A stretch of DNA of 64,000 nt from Octopus sinensis (GCF_006345805.1 NC_043000.1:96410001-96474000); one strand, 5' to 3'. Positions 34,708-48,393 are shown, numbered from the stretch's first letter. Translations and numbers: made by a program. Notes: a model not told the origin generated them from the letters alone.

Positions 34708-37678
34708 CATATGTGCAGATTTGTATGTTTTGTTTTATGCATTCTCATGCATATAGTTGCATATCTAGACATGCTCATATTTTTCTAAATGATAAACTTC
34801 TGGAAAGTTTTACAGACTTTTACAGTTCCAGTGATGGATCTAAAGTCTTCAAATTAGCTTTCTCCTTTCTGATTTTGAGAAGCCTAATTTCTCAAGACTG
34901 ATATTTAGGCTGTGTGTTACATATCCCAGTGACCCAATAATTACAGGTATAAATCTGAACTTGTAATCTGGATAGAGTGACTGAAGATTTCTCAATAGTT
35001 CAGCGTAGGTATTCTCTTTTTCACTGACCTTCAGCTTTATGTTAGCATCTCCTGGTCAGCTAATTTCTACAACTTACACAGTTTCTCTTCACTATCCCAA
35101 ATCATTATATCAGGTATGTTGTGCTTACATTTTATTGAGGTTTTCACTGGGACATTCCACTAGTACTCCTTTTTATTATGAGTGTCTATGGCTTCTACCA
35201 TACTGTGGGTTCTTACTTTTTAGTCCTCGGGGTTATCCTTCCGACGGATTTCATAACACAGTATCCTAGCTACATCATGTCTTATCGGCAGATAATGCCG
35301 TGATGACATTTTCAGACAACTGCTTATGATGTGGGTGATATCTACGGTGTTAACTCCACAAAGTCTGCATCAGTTGTCACATTTTACTGCTATTCCTGCA
35401 TCTCTAACCCTTTTGTGCATCAGGTATTTCGTTGATATTTCCTGTTCCTGGATTGCAAAACGCGTACCCTTCAAAGTGGGAGGTTGTAATCCAGCTATTG
35501 GTCCAAGATAGACTGCTTTGATGATCGATGTTACTATCATCTCGGAGCTTTCTACTAACATATCCATGTTTAGTCTTCTGCTCATATAGGCTCATCCTTT
35601 CATCTGATGATATGTTGCGGTAGAGTCGTGAAACTTCTTTGTGCATGCATTTAAGCTTATCAGACAAGGAATGTTGCTCAAGGAGCCGCCTTCCAAGTGT
35701 TAGGATGGTTAAGGAAGGAATGCACTTCGACACTTGGTGGTTAAACGATGTTGCCGCAGGGATATGATACGACATTCAAAGGCATTTTGGATCGATGTTA
35801 AGCCTCTGCCGCCTTGTTTTCGTTTTAGGTGGAGGCGCTTTACATTATTGTTTATGTGGAAATTATGTGTGCTTGTTAGTATTTTTCGTGTGTTCGCAGC
35901 AATGGCTCGGATGTCATCAAGCGTCCAGTCAAGCAGCCCAAAAGTTGGTACGAGCACTGGCACTGCAGACTCATTGTGGACCACTGTTTTATTGAATGCA
36001 GAGAGTTCTGAGGTCCAAATGTTATTTATTCGGTTGTAATATTCTTTAATGACACGTGTTTTGTTGCAGGCGCCATTGTAAGATATGTTTTCATCCATCC
36101 CTAGATACCTGTAACACTCCTCGTCAGATGTAGGGGAAACAGTTAAGTCATTGATGGAAATGCTGCTAGTCTGGTTTACAGTTTTCTTCCTTTGCACAGT
36201 AACATTTACCCTGACCAAACTCCCTTAACAACATTTATCCTGACCAAACTCCAACCCTGCATCCTTTGAGAATGTTGTAACTAGGTCAAGGCTCTTTTTC
36301 ATCTCATGCCTATTCTTTGCATAAAGTTTCAAATCATCCACAAAGAAACAGTGTGTAATATTAGCATTTCTGTTGTGAACCAGTGAGCTATCCTTCAGAC
36401 TTCCTTAACATGAATAACAAGGAATTTACAGAAAGTATAAACATCATCACAGGGGGGCTGTCCCCTTGGAATATGTCTTTGCGATACTGTATTCTATCAG
36501 TGATAATACAATCATTCTCTGTGTTTAATTTCAAGATGGTGGCCCATGATGAAGTCACTCAGGTCAGCTGTGGCTTTGACTCTGCTCACTGGAACTTTAG
36601 CAAGTTGAAGGGCTTCTAGCATCCATGAATGGGGAATAGAGTCAAAGGCTTTCTTGTAGTCTAGCCACACTGAAACTAGGTTCCTCCTATGCTCTCGCAC
36701 CTCTGACATCACAGTTTTGTTGATTAACAATTGCTCGGCACATCCCCAGACTCCCTTCTTTCTTGTTCTGCTGTGATGATGTTATTGGTTTCACAATGGT
36801 CCTGGAGGAAGAGGTTTAAGCATGCTGTATATATCTTATACATTAAGTTTTGGTATACAATTGGCCAGTAGTTTTTTGCTATGTGGGTGGTTCTGCATCT
36901 TGGGATCAATTTTGTCACTGCCAGAGCTAACCAGTGTGTTAAGCTACTGTACCCACTGAGAGCTTGCTAGTGCAAATTGATAAGATATGGTCGGTAGAAG
37001 GTTAGCTTCTTGTACCAATATCCAACAATCAAGTATCTTTCCGGCGCTTTTCCATCCTGGAGTTTCTGGATCACAGTTGCAAGAGTATCATCATCAATAC
37101 TTTATGTCTTGGGTGTAACGCAAGAGCAATAACTTCTTCGGATTTCTTCCAGCCACAGAGCATCTTGGTTAAACTCTTTCTCTTCACTCTTTTCCTCTAG
37201 ATGGAGTCTATGTCTTCTCGTGAAGGAGCTTCTGTGATGTTCACTGCTCCTCTCATGTCTGTATATTGCTACCTGGTTCCGTTTAAATTTTTTGTTTATT
37301 GTTTTTCGCTCGGTTATTCTCTTCTGATGCCAGAGTTTCTCACTGACAACTTTTAGCTCCTGCTTGAGGGTAATTAGTTTGCAAGTGAGTGTCCTCTTTT
37401 TGCTATCTTCAAACATCATTTCTATCTCCTTCTTTACTTTCTGTTGGTGGGACGTATAGTGATTTGCTTGTTTGCACATGACTGATGGTCTTCTGTAAAC
37501 CAGTTTTCTTTATCTCTGTCTTCAAAATCCGTGATGGTGCTTTCGGTTTCGGTTTTGTTCACTATTTGAATGTCATTCATTTACCGCTGTGCACTGATAG
37601 CCAGAGCATATAGACATTGCGTTAATCTGCCAGAATGTGGGTTCGCCACACTGCTGTAAATACTCATCACCAATACAC
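34708..37678 (-). mobile_element. R4/Dong-type retrotransposon, ~3 kb decayed (copy 3)
   Basis: RT motifs WLDYKKAFDSIPHSW, FQGDS, HCFFVDDLKLYA, YRYLG; GGRGLTSIQNAFECRIISL; FAIQEQEISTKY; RLE C-terminus; many stops and frameshifts. Confidence 0.9.
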
Positions 37679-38216
37679 ATGTATGTATGTATGTATGTAT
37701 GTATGTATGTATGTATGTATGTATGTATGTATGTATGTATGTATGTATGTATGTATGTATGTATGTATGTATGTATGTATGTATTTATGTATGTATACAC
37801 ACACGAATGAGTGGATAAACGGAAGAAAGTAACATATATTGTTAAGAAAAGTTTGACTCGGCTCAGCATGACAGGAAGTTTCGTGGGCGCGCAGGATACG
37901 TCCATCTATCCTAAGCGTCCTCAAAATTTCAAATCATATGGACCTGAGTCAAACTGTCATACATACATAAATGCATACATACACATATATATATATACAC
38001 ACACACAAAACACACCCACACACACACACACACACGTTCTCTGAAGAGTTTCTAATCGGAGATACCTCTCATGTTTATCCTGCATGTACAAATTTTATAA
38101 CTCCTATTAGCAAATGAAACATGTGTAATGGTGATTAAATAATACGAAAAAAAATTCTATTCTCCTGTTTTGATATATGCCACGTATGTATAAAGCTACA
38201 TCCATATGTATGTATG

Positions 38217-38248
<32 letters not shown>

Positions 38249-38296
38249 TGTATGTATGTATTATGTATGTATGTATATATATATATATTATATATA

Positions 38297-38341
<45 letters not shown>

Positions 38342-38350
38342 ATGTGTGTA

Positions 38351-38509
38351 TATGTGCCCATATTTGTACATATTTTCACTTACATACATATATGTGCCCA
38401 TATTGTACATATTTTCACTTACATACATATATGTGCCCATATTTGTACATATTTTCACTTACATACATATATGTGCCCATATTTGTACATATTTTCACTT
38501 ACATACACA
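38351..38509. repeat. Minisatellite, 4 x ~40 bp
   Basis: Unit TATGTGCCCATATTTGTACATATTTTCACTTACATACATA at 38351, 38391, 38430, 38470. Confidence 0.95.
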
Positions 38510-39214
38510 TACAAACAAATATATGACAGTTATTGAACATTGATATTACGCAAGTGTCATTTCTGTAAGTTCACATGAAATGCGAAAGTTCAGAGATAAT
38601 AATAGACGATTAATTATAATGTAAACATTAAAAGCCAAAAAAAAGTAACTACAGAAAACAAACTAAACAAAAAGACAAAAAAGAAAAAAGAAAAAAAAAA
38701 TCGCATTATGAACAGTCTTCCTTCTTTCGCTCTCTACCTTTCTTTCTCTGGCAGTCAAACATCTCCCTATCTCTCCAGAATGTAATGATTCTTTAAATAT
38801 TCAATTTCTATAGTGGAACATCGCGAAACATATCGTCGATTGTTGTTCAATATTAACATAATTAAAACGGCGAGCTGGCAGGATCGTTAACACACGAAGC
38901 AGGCAAAATGCTTAGGGGCATTTCGTCTGTCGTTACGTTCTGAGTTCAAGTACCGCCGACGTCAACTGTGCCTTTCATCCTTTCAGGGGCGATAAAATAA
39001 ATACCAGCTGAGCACTGACGTCGATGTAATCGACTTAGCCACTCCTCTCGAACTCGATAGCCTTGTGCCAAAATTTGAAACCATTATTAACATAATTAGC
39101 AAGGCAGCGAGCTGGCAGAATCGTTAGTATGACAGACTAATTAGTGATATTCTTTCCGGCTCTGCATTCTGAATTCAAATTCCACCGAGGTCGACATTAC
39201 TTTTCCTCCTATAG

Positions 39215-39518
39215 TTGTTTGTTCCTTCTCGAGCCACTCCTGGCTCATAAAGGCCGGTTTCCCGGTTTCCTTGGCGAATAGATTCCCCACCTGGACGGGA
39301 CGCCGGTCCGTCACAGGCGAGCTGCAAGATGCAGGAGGAAAGAGTGAGAGAAAGTTGTGGCGAAAGAGTCAGCAGAAGTTCGCCATTACCTTCTGCTGGA
39401 GCCGCGTGGAGCTTAGGTGTTTCGTTCATAAACACACACATCGCGCGGTCTGAGATTCGAACCCGCGATCCCTCGACCGCGAGTCCGCTGTTCTAACCAC
39501 TAGGCCATGTGCCTCTAC
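39215..39518 (-). mobile_element. Family C SINE inserted into a family A SINE, 12-bp TSD
   Basis: TTCCTCCTATAG at 39203-39214 and 39519-39530; the host SINE resumes (AAATAAGTACC) after the insertion. Confidence 0.9.
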
Positions 39519-39730
39519 TTCCTCCTATAGAAGCTCGCTGAAATAAGTACCAAAATTTTAGGCCTCGTGCCTACAGTAGAAAGAATTAACATAATTAGTA
39601 TTTAATTAATTGAACCTAGAGTAGTGAATAATAATTCTTCCTATTTTGGCACAAGATCTGGAATAGCTTTGGTTTCTTCTTTCATTTCTGGATGTCACAT
39701 CGTACTAGTTACATCTATTTCTAAATATTT

Positions 39731-40456
39731 GATCCCTAGACAGAACCAAATAGGCATATTTAAGGAATATAACCTGGAAACTGTCGTCAGTACCAAATTA
39801 ACTTACCAGATATTACCTTTGACCTGACTATAGGGAACAAGCATCCCTTCAGACAACTAAACAATATTGCAAAAAATTTAGCCCATGAAATGGCTGAGTA
39901 AATATCTTAACTATCCTCTGATAGGATGATTTTCCACCAGGCTATCCTCTATTACAATCTAAAAACTACGAAGAAGCAACTTTAATAAGAAAGTAATTTA
40001 TAAGATTACTTATCTAAGATATGCATTTCGAACGACCTATGTCACTTACTAAAAATTATGCACCCACTTTTGCATTATTTTCGGTACAACCTTCGTATGT
40101 TGTACCGAAAATAATGCAAAAGTGGGTGCATAATTTTTAGTAAGTGACATAGGTCGTTCGAAATGCATATCTTAGATAAGTAATCTTATAAATTACTTTC
40201 TTATTAAAGTTGCTTCTTCGTAGTTTAGATTGTAATAGAGGATAGCCTGGTGGAAAATCATACTATCAGAGGATAGTTAAGATATTTACTCAGCTATTTC
40301 ATTGGGTAAATTTTTTGCAATATTGTTTAGTTGTCTGAAGGGATGCTTGTTCCCTATAGTCAGGTCAAAGGTAATATCTGGTAAGTTAATTTGGTACTGA
40401 CGACAGTTTCCAGGTTATATTCCTTAAATATGCTTATTTGGTTCTTTCTAGGGATC
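39731..40456. mobile_element. Near-perfect 726-bp palindrome made from a Penelope-like RT C-terminal fragment
   Basis: Arms 39731-40090 and 40099-40456 around an 8-nt spacer; left arm reads (frameshifted) IFKEYNLETVVSTKL / DITFDLTIGNKHPFRQLNN / LSSDRMIFHQAILYYN, resembling PLE RT/thumb sequence. Confidence 0.75.
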
Positions 40457-40484
40457 TTTTCCTTTTCATGGGCAGCTCGATTAA

Positions 40485-40535
<51 letters not shown>

Positions 40536-41789
40536 CCTGTAACTTAGTGTTAGGGTGTTGGACTTACGATCGTAAGATTGTGGTTTCGATTCCTGAACCG
40601 GCCGGGCGAGGTGTTGTGTTCTTGAGCAAAACACTTCATTTCACATTGCTCCAGCCCACTCAGCTGGTAAAAAATGAGTAATTCTGCGATGGACCCGGCG
40701 CCCTATCCAGGTGGTGAATATATATGCCAAGGAAACCGGGAAACCGGCCCTATGAGACTTTATGATTTGGGAAGGAAATTTACTTTTTCTTTTATACATA
40801 CGTATGTATATTAATAACACTGATTGATCACTTGATGATGGATGCTTCTGATCATTAAAATTCACTAACTGATTTGCCAAAATAATTAATAAGTAAAAAT
40901 ATTGTGTTAAGAAGTTGCAGGAGATATCACAGAAAAGTATCGACTTTTAGAAATAATTAGTCAAGACGTCTTCTGCTGGCTATCGAATCAGATGTTAAGA
41001 TGAAAAAGTAAATGGAGAGAAAGGAAAATGGAAAATAGGTAAACCCACAAATAGACAAAGATATATATCAATTAATAATTTTATTAAAATAAAAATCTAC
41101 CATTCTTATCGGGCCTTTTTTTGAAAATGAACTTTGTACTCATAATTTTTCTCTCATATCTCCTTCATTACTTGTATGTAATCCCTCTGTATTTATTTCA
41201 TCAATTCATTTATCTATTTTTCTCATCTTCCTCCTTAACTTACATGTATTTCACTTCCCCAATTCTTTTATCTTTGAATCAATCATATCTTTGCTCTGTG
41301 TAATAGAGTATGTGGCATTGTGGATTGACAAAGAGTAATGATTAATTATCTGCCTTGATAGCTGTACAATGGTTGCAAGTTAGGTGCTTGATAAATTTTT
41401 TTAAATCTTTCAGATAATATATCAAGTGGCGTATAGTGTATGATTTAATGAGATTTTTAAATCCTGGTAAACACATATAAAGTATTTTTTTTAAATGTCA
41501 CGAAGACAAACAATTGTTTCTCATTTAGGCCCAAAGCCAGTAGTTTTTTGGGGAAGGGCTATCAGTCTATTACATCGACCGTGTGTGCTTGCCTGGCACT
41601 TTGTTTTAGCGACCCCAGGGGGATGAAAGATAACGTTGATCTCCGCAGGATTTCAACTCAGAAACTAAAGTACCAGAAAAATATCGCAAGATATTTATGT
41701 ATATATGTATATATCCATGTAATGTATATATGCATGTATGTGCGTACACATATATGCATATATGTATATCTACCAACTGAAGTCTTCTC

Positions 41790-42600
41790 TCCTAAGACCA
41801 AGTGAAGTCTTTGCTCGTAGATTCAAAGTCCAACTGAAGTCTTCCCTCCTTCAAACCGGCGTCAGCCCTGACACTTGGGAAACCAAAGCCGCCGACTGTC
41901 CATCCTGCGGAGAGCAGTTCATTTCGGCTGTTGCTTTTGAAGAAAGGAGGAAGACTGAAGAAGTAAAAAGGCAACACAATGTTCAGCAACTTCAGCCAAG
42001 ACCACCTCTCGCACGCGAATTTTTTTTTCCCACGAGAGTTTCGGACCCCAGTTATGAACTCATTTACATACAGCCAATCAGAGCTCAACTATCAAGCTAA
42101 TTTATGAGCGCATAACCAGTGATAGGCGATAAGATAAGGTCACTTGGGTAATGACCATTCTACTTCTCACTTTTAATAATGCTTGTGTTCTTACTTTGTA
42201 AAACAGTAAGAGGAGAGGGTTGCTAGCATATCACCCTCTACCCACATTTTTGTCATATGGAGCCCTAACAAAATCCGATAATAGATACAGATGCAAACCT
42301 ATCTAATTACTTGTCTCCTAAAATCAGTCATAACTTGGCGATCGGTCGACTTACAACACCGTTCTTCGTCTTGAGTTTACTTGGTAGAGTGCGTTTGCTA
42401 ACTTGACAAGATCAATGTGAGCTCTGATTGGTTGTATGCAAATGAGCTCATTACTGGGGTCGGGAACTCTCGTAGGAAAAAATTCTGCCTCCCACCCTGC
42501 TATGCGATCAATGCTTGAGACTGTTTCATCCCCGATATGGCCTTCTGAACCATGTCAGGTTTGAGCATTACGTAGGCACCAGATGAACCAAACTTGAACA
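41790..42600 (+). mobile_element. RTE-clade LINE 3' remnant interrupted by a MITE
   Basis: RRFKVQLKSSLLQTGVSPDTWETKAAD...QPRPPL resumes after 42491 as LLCDQCLRLFHPRYGLLNHVRFEH (C2H2). Confidence 0.7.
42011..42488. mobile_element. MITE with ~75-bp imperfect TIRs and apparent 3-bp TSD (CTC)
   Basis: GAATTTTTTTTTCCCACGAGAGTTTCGGACCCCAG...CAGCCAATCAGAGCTCA mirrored at ~42418-42488; CTC at 42008-42010 and 42489-42491. Confidence 0.75.
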
Positions 42601-42814
42601 CGTGCGCATGCCGCCGCCGACGACGATATCTACTAGAATAAACCTCGTTGTCAATTTATATGTATATAAGTGAATTTATTCTTGTATTGTTCGATGGCAT
42701 GGTCTTTTCATGTGTGAAGATATCTGTTAATATTGATTTTACATACGATTTACTTATTTAAAGTTTAAAAATTTCTCAAAGAATTGAATTTATATGAATG
42801 TCTATCTACTTTTA

Positions 42815-43238
42815 TTTTACTCTGTTACTTGTTTCAGTCATTTGACTGTGGCCATGCTGGACCACCGCCTTTAGTCGAGCAAATCGCCCCTAGGACTTAT
42901 TCTTTGTAAGCCTAGTACTTATTCTATCGGTCTCTTTTGCCGAAGCGCTAAGTTACAGGGACGTAAACACACCAGCATCGGTTGTCAAGCGATGTTGGGG
43001 GGACAAACACACACACACAAACACACACACACACACACATGTATATGTATATATATATATATATACACACACATATATACGACGGGCTTCCTTCAGTTTC
43101 CGTCTACCAAATCCACTCACAAGGCTTTGATCGGTCCGAGGCTATAGAAGAAGACACTTGCCCAAGGTGCCGCACAGTGGGACTGAACCCGGAATCATGT
43201 GGTTGGTAAGCAAGCTACTTGCCACACAGCCACTCCTG
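42815..43238 (-). mobile_element. tRNA-derived SINE, family B
   Basis: Full-length homolog of 10980-11373. Confidence 0.9.
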
Positions 43239-43757
43239 TTTACTGTATTATGATGTGTTGTAATAACTCCTAGTTTTAAATCAGTAAAAGCATTTTTCTT
43301 TTCAAACTTAAAAACGCTATTGTGTTTAATTTTAATATTGTAGTAACGAATTTTTCATGTTTCCATATTAGTCGCTGAATTTAGTTTGAAACAATAGTGG
43401 TCCATTAAGTTTTCAAGAACTTGGCTTCAATATCGGAATAAACTGATGATGATATGAAGGGTGTAATGTTCGCACGCTTTGCAGTAGATCACAAAGGATG
43501 ACGGGCATAGAGTTATAACTGATAAAATCATGAACGCCGGATTTAAATGCAATATAATATAATATGCTATAATATGATGTAACGTAATATGATATAATGT
43601 AATATAATAGCATAATATGAAAGGATATGTAGATAGCTAGATATAAATGTGCATTCGTACGTATCTATGTAGGTATGTTTGTATGTGTGTATGTATCTAT
43701 ATGTCTATCTTGCATTCTATTTCTCTCTCTCACACACACAGAGGTATGTATGTGTAA

Positions 43758-43805
<48 letters not shown>

Positions 43806-43812
43806 TCACATG

Positions 43813-43845
<33 letters not shown>

Positions 43846-43989
43846 CTGTATGCATGTGAGTATTTGTATATACACACAAATACAGAGAAACAGAGGGAGA
43901 GAGAGAGGATGACAGAGAGAGGAATGGGTTTGGGGAGAGTAATACAACTACACACACATAAGCATGTAGCGGTGACCTAAAGCGGAATC

Positions 43990-44530
43990 GCTAGTTACGC
44001 GGTCCGCATCACGACCGAATCACAATAGCTTTACATGATCGGCCAATTAATCAGCGTGAATCTGTCATATGATTTAATCTTCTAGAATCTTCTTTTTGTA
44101 CCCTATAAAAGGCCGCTTTTGGTGGGAATTAATTGTAGAATGTTGAGGCAGCTGAGCGACACGTGTATCCATTCTTGTTACACCAAACATCTCAAACCGT
44201 TCGGCTCGCATTTTTGCAGCCAGACGATCCAGGCAGACCGCTAAGACAGAATGAGCTGATAGATGACCATGAACCTCTGTCATCACGAAGATAGCTTGCT
44301 TTATTGTTTTCAAATATGTTGGACAAGCTACATGTTTCCGTACTTATAGCTTGCTGTAACCTCAGAGCAGTATCTCTCTCTTTCCGCATGTAATTATTGT
44401 TATTAATTGTAAAAGGCCAACGCAGTTTGTATTTATGTGAAATAATAAATTCTTCTGTTAAATGTTCGCGGATGTTGTTCAGATACTTCTTCATGCAGTC
44501 CAAAAGACATATTTTCAATTGCAAGTCACA
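43990..44530 (-). mobile_element. Decayed Penelope-like element 3' part (GIY-YIG endonuclease region)
   Basis: Frameshifted minus-strand reading TEEFIISHKY / NCVGLLQLITIITCGKR and RSAWIVWLQKCEPNGL resembles the PLE pattern FNC...YLITC..CGK and WI..L.T..PNGLN. Recognition by eye only. Confidence 0.5.
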
Positions 44531-44640
44531 AACTTCGCAACTGATGAATATGCAGATGAATGGTTAAATAGATTGATGAATGGATAAATGAATTCATAAA
44601 TAGTAAATGAGACAAGAACCCCCCCCCCACAAAAAAATCA

Positions 44641-44803
44641 CGGCTATGTGGTAAGTAGCTTGCTTACTAACCACATGGTTCTGGGTTCAGTCCCACTGCG
44701 TGGCATCTTGGGCAAGTGTCTTCTACTACCGACTAAAGCTTTGTGAGTGGATTTGGTAGACGGAAACTGGAAGAAGCCCGTCGTATATATGTATGTATAT
44801 AAA

Positions 44804-44842
<39 letters not shown>

Positions 44843-45050
44843 CTGTGTTTGTGTCCCCAACATCGCTTGACAACCGATGCTGGTGTGTTTACGTCCCCGT
44901 AACTTAGCGGTTCGGCAAAAGAGACCGATAGAATAAGTACTAGGCTTACAAAGAATAAGTTCTGGGGGTCGATTTGCTCGACTAAATGCGGTGCTCCAGC
45001 ATGGCCACAGTCAAATGACTGAAACAAAGAGTAAAAGTGTAAAAGAGTAA
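44641..45050 (+). mobile_element. tRNA-derived SINE, family B
   Basis: GGCTATGTGGTAAGTAGCTTGC...GGTTCAGTCCCACTG...(TG)n...TGACTGAAACAAAGAGTAAAAG. Confidence 0.9.
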
Positions 45051-45315
45051 GGGTCTCAATGAAAAATATATCAAACATCATAAAACATTTTAACTGTTAA
45101 TAAAAAAATAGAAAGCAATCAAACAAACATTGGCAGGGTTCAACAGAAAGCTTTATATTCCAATGGAAGCAATCGTAGAAAAGCGAAATAAATGTTTGTG
45201 CGCATGGGAAGGTACTGTTTAAATTGATGATATAAAGAAAGAAACTGGAACTGAAACGAAATGAAGGTGCCGCTTTATTTTCTTTAAATTTCCAGAAATG
45301 AAATGCAGTGCGCAC

Positions 45316-45358
<43 letters not shown>

Positions 45359-45450
45359 TGCATGTTAGCCTGTCAGTCTATCTATCTAAATACATACATG
45401 CGCGCGCGGGCACACACATAAATGTATACGTACACATGTATATATATATT

Positions 45451-45489
<39 letters not shown>

Positions 45490-45517
45490 TATATATATAT
45501 ACACACACACACGTACG

Positions 45518-45553
<36 letters not shown>

Positions 45554-46479
45554 CTTACATACATAGACACACACTCAGTGTGTGTATTTATGTGTATACG
45601 TAGAATCAACTTGTTCTTGATAGAAAGTCCTTGTATGAAAACACTCAGACGCGAAAAGACAAGAGAACAAAAAGGTTATTTTTTTCTATTATTTGCTTAG
45701 TCCTTTATTGTTAGAAACGTAACGTATTGGTCAGTCGTTGTTTCAAATGCTTTTAAAGAAAAGTAGAAAACTGAAAGATAGTGACGTCCACAACTTCATA
45801 TCTTGTTATTCGAGTGAAGCACAAGAAAAAGCATAAAATGACATACATCTACACATACACATACACATATAAATATGCACATATAGAATGCACATGTTGT
45901 ACACGTACACATACATACTTATGTAGTGAAAGGTGTGAAAATGTATTAATGATATTATAATATATCATTTATAGATATATCCAAATATATACTATTTTGA
46001 ATATATTTTCTACAAACCAACAAAAATGTCTCTTCTTTGTTGGTTAGATAACTAAATAATAATTACGTTGCACATGAAGGCGGTGTGCTGTCAGAATTGT
46101 TAGCACACCGGGCAAAATACTTTGCAGCATTTCGTTCGTCTTAACGTTCTGAGTTCAAATTCCACCGATGCTAACTTTGTATTTCATTCTTTCGGGGTCG
46201 ATAAAATAAGTACTAGTTGATCACTGGGGTCTATGTAATCGACGAGCTTCCTGCACTGAAATTTTGTGCCAGAATTTGAAACCAGTAACTACATAGCACA
46301 TGGGATGTGAGTACATACTTGAAATATCTACTTGAATTTGTAACTATTGTACATATACGTCTGTCTTGTTATATTAAGTGGACTATTTCTCTTAAAATGA
46401 AATGATTAGCAATATTTAAAGTCTAAGTTTTGGTGTGTGACCGAGTAGTTGCAGTACAGAACGGATGTAAAAGTCTCAT

Positions 46480-47780
46480 TTTCTTTAATTATCAAAATGC
46501 CCAGAAATAGATGTTTCCTTTCATTCATTCGAAATTGGACCACTTCCTGAATTTTATTGATGTATAACAGTCATAACAGTCATCCAGGAATCTTTTTCAG
46601 TTTCCTTTTCAGTAGGACTAGAAAAGCTTATCAAAAGTAATTGCATATCAAGCATAGATCTTTTTCTTCTGGGAATCTCATGAACAGTGTTGCAAACATG
46701 GGTGCAACTTTCAGACCCATTCCATCCTCTTACCAAAAAAGAAGTATTTTTCTAACACCAATTGTAATCTTTCAAGTATGAATTGTTTTTAAAAACCTCT
46801 CCTGAATTATTCTTAGGTATTTGTCTATCTAGAATCCCACAACTTCCAATCCTAATCCATAGGGGATATTTGTGCAGAGGCTGGTCAGAAGGAAACTAAC
46901 CAGTATCGTCTCTATTTTCATAGTTTCTGGAACGTTGTCCAAGAAATCTCTGTTCTCTCGGATGAAGTTAGGAATCAGTTTCCCTAGTAGTTTTAATCTG
47001 ATGTCCAGCATATTGCTTTAATCATTGGTTTGATTTTGGTCATACAAGAACTGGGCCTAATTTTAAGTCAGACAATTTAGGAATTTTTATCTATAATGTA
47101 TGGAGGTCCTTTAAGCTGCTATGGATTTCCTCAGATTTATGAATTTTCGGTAGTCCATAAATTGTTGCTTTGTTTTACCTCAAAATTAGTTAAGTGAACC
47201 AATTCATTTGCCGTTAAATTGTTTTTCAATGTGTCCATTAATTTATCAGTTTTGTTCATTGTTTATTTGCATTAGATTCGAATTTGTTTTGTAGAAATGT
47301 TGTTCCTTTAGTTGTTTTAAGAGATTTCCTGTAATGGGTCTTGTCCATATTGTAACGACCTCACCTTTGTTAACCTTCTCTATAACCTTTAATGGTTATA
47401 GAGAAAGCTTTTTGTAGACAATGGATTTTGCTGTTTTGTAATGTTTTATTTTATACAATTTGAATTTGATGATTTTTCAGACATGTTATATATTCTTATA
47501 TGTGGTTATTCCTGTTCATCGGATGTTTAAATTTCATTTTTTTTTACAAGTGATGGATCTATGCAGTCCTTTCTTTTGGGAAAATTCCCATAGATAAGGT
47601 TTTCTACAGGCTTCCACACGATCTTTTGTGTCAGATTTTAGAGTTTGTGTGAATTTAAAATCCATTTGCTAAAAGTTTATTTCGTTGTGATAAATTAATT
47701 CTTTAGAATCAGCTGCTCTAGCTTTGAATCACTAATGTTTTCTTTCATTTTTGCATGGGACTATTGTTTCTTAAAATGAA
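46480..47780 (-). mobile_element. Decayed Penelope-like reverse transcriptase fragment
   Basis: YGLPKIHK (~47135-47160) and LDIRLKLLGKLIPNFIRENRDFLDNVPETMKIETILVSFLLTSLCTNIPYGLGLE, hallmark PLE RT motifs (LPKIHK; LVSFDVTSLYTNIP). Confidence 0.85.
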
Positions 47781-48077
47781 GTTAAAAAACAAAACTGAGA
47801 ACAGGGAAAAACGCTTACACAAACTCTTCCTTTCACTAAGCTTAGGTTAATCTGCTTTGTTTTTAAAAATTATTTATATAATTAGTAACTTTTCAACTCC
47901 TTCCATACTCACATATACACATACACGCATACACACACGTAGACACACGCACATGAACACACATACGCATACATACACATGCACAAAGAGCTTTGTTTTC
48001 GACACTTTCATTTTAATTCATACTAGGTTTTCATTAACTAAAAATGAATAATTTTTATCTTGCGTAAATTCTCTTTC

Positions 48078-48134
<57 letters not shown>

Positions 48135-48393
48135 TCCATAAAATATTTTTCTTTTCTCTTTTCCTCTCCATACATTTGATTGACACATAATTCAACACTT
48201 GATTTAACAAAATATTTTCTTATTTTTACCAGAAAAAGAAACCTTTTTTAGCTTTTACAATGATCAATCATTCTTTTATTCTGTATTGACGAACATCGTG
48301 TTTGAGTGTTTACACCCACACACATACATATATACATAAACATGCACTTACATACATATATACATACACATATACACACATAAATACACATAA

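Noticed and set aside
38351-38509. Regular ~40-bp repeats as a CRISPR-like array (also 63498-63645)
   Set aside because: Units are directly adjacent with no unique spacers, no cas genes, eukaryotic context.
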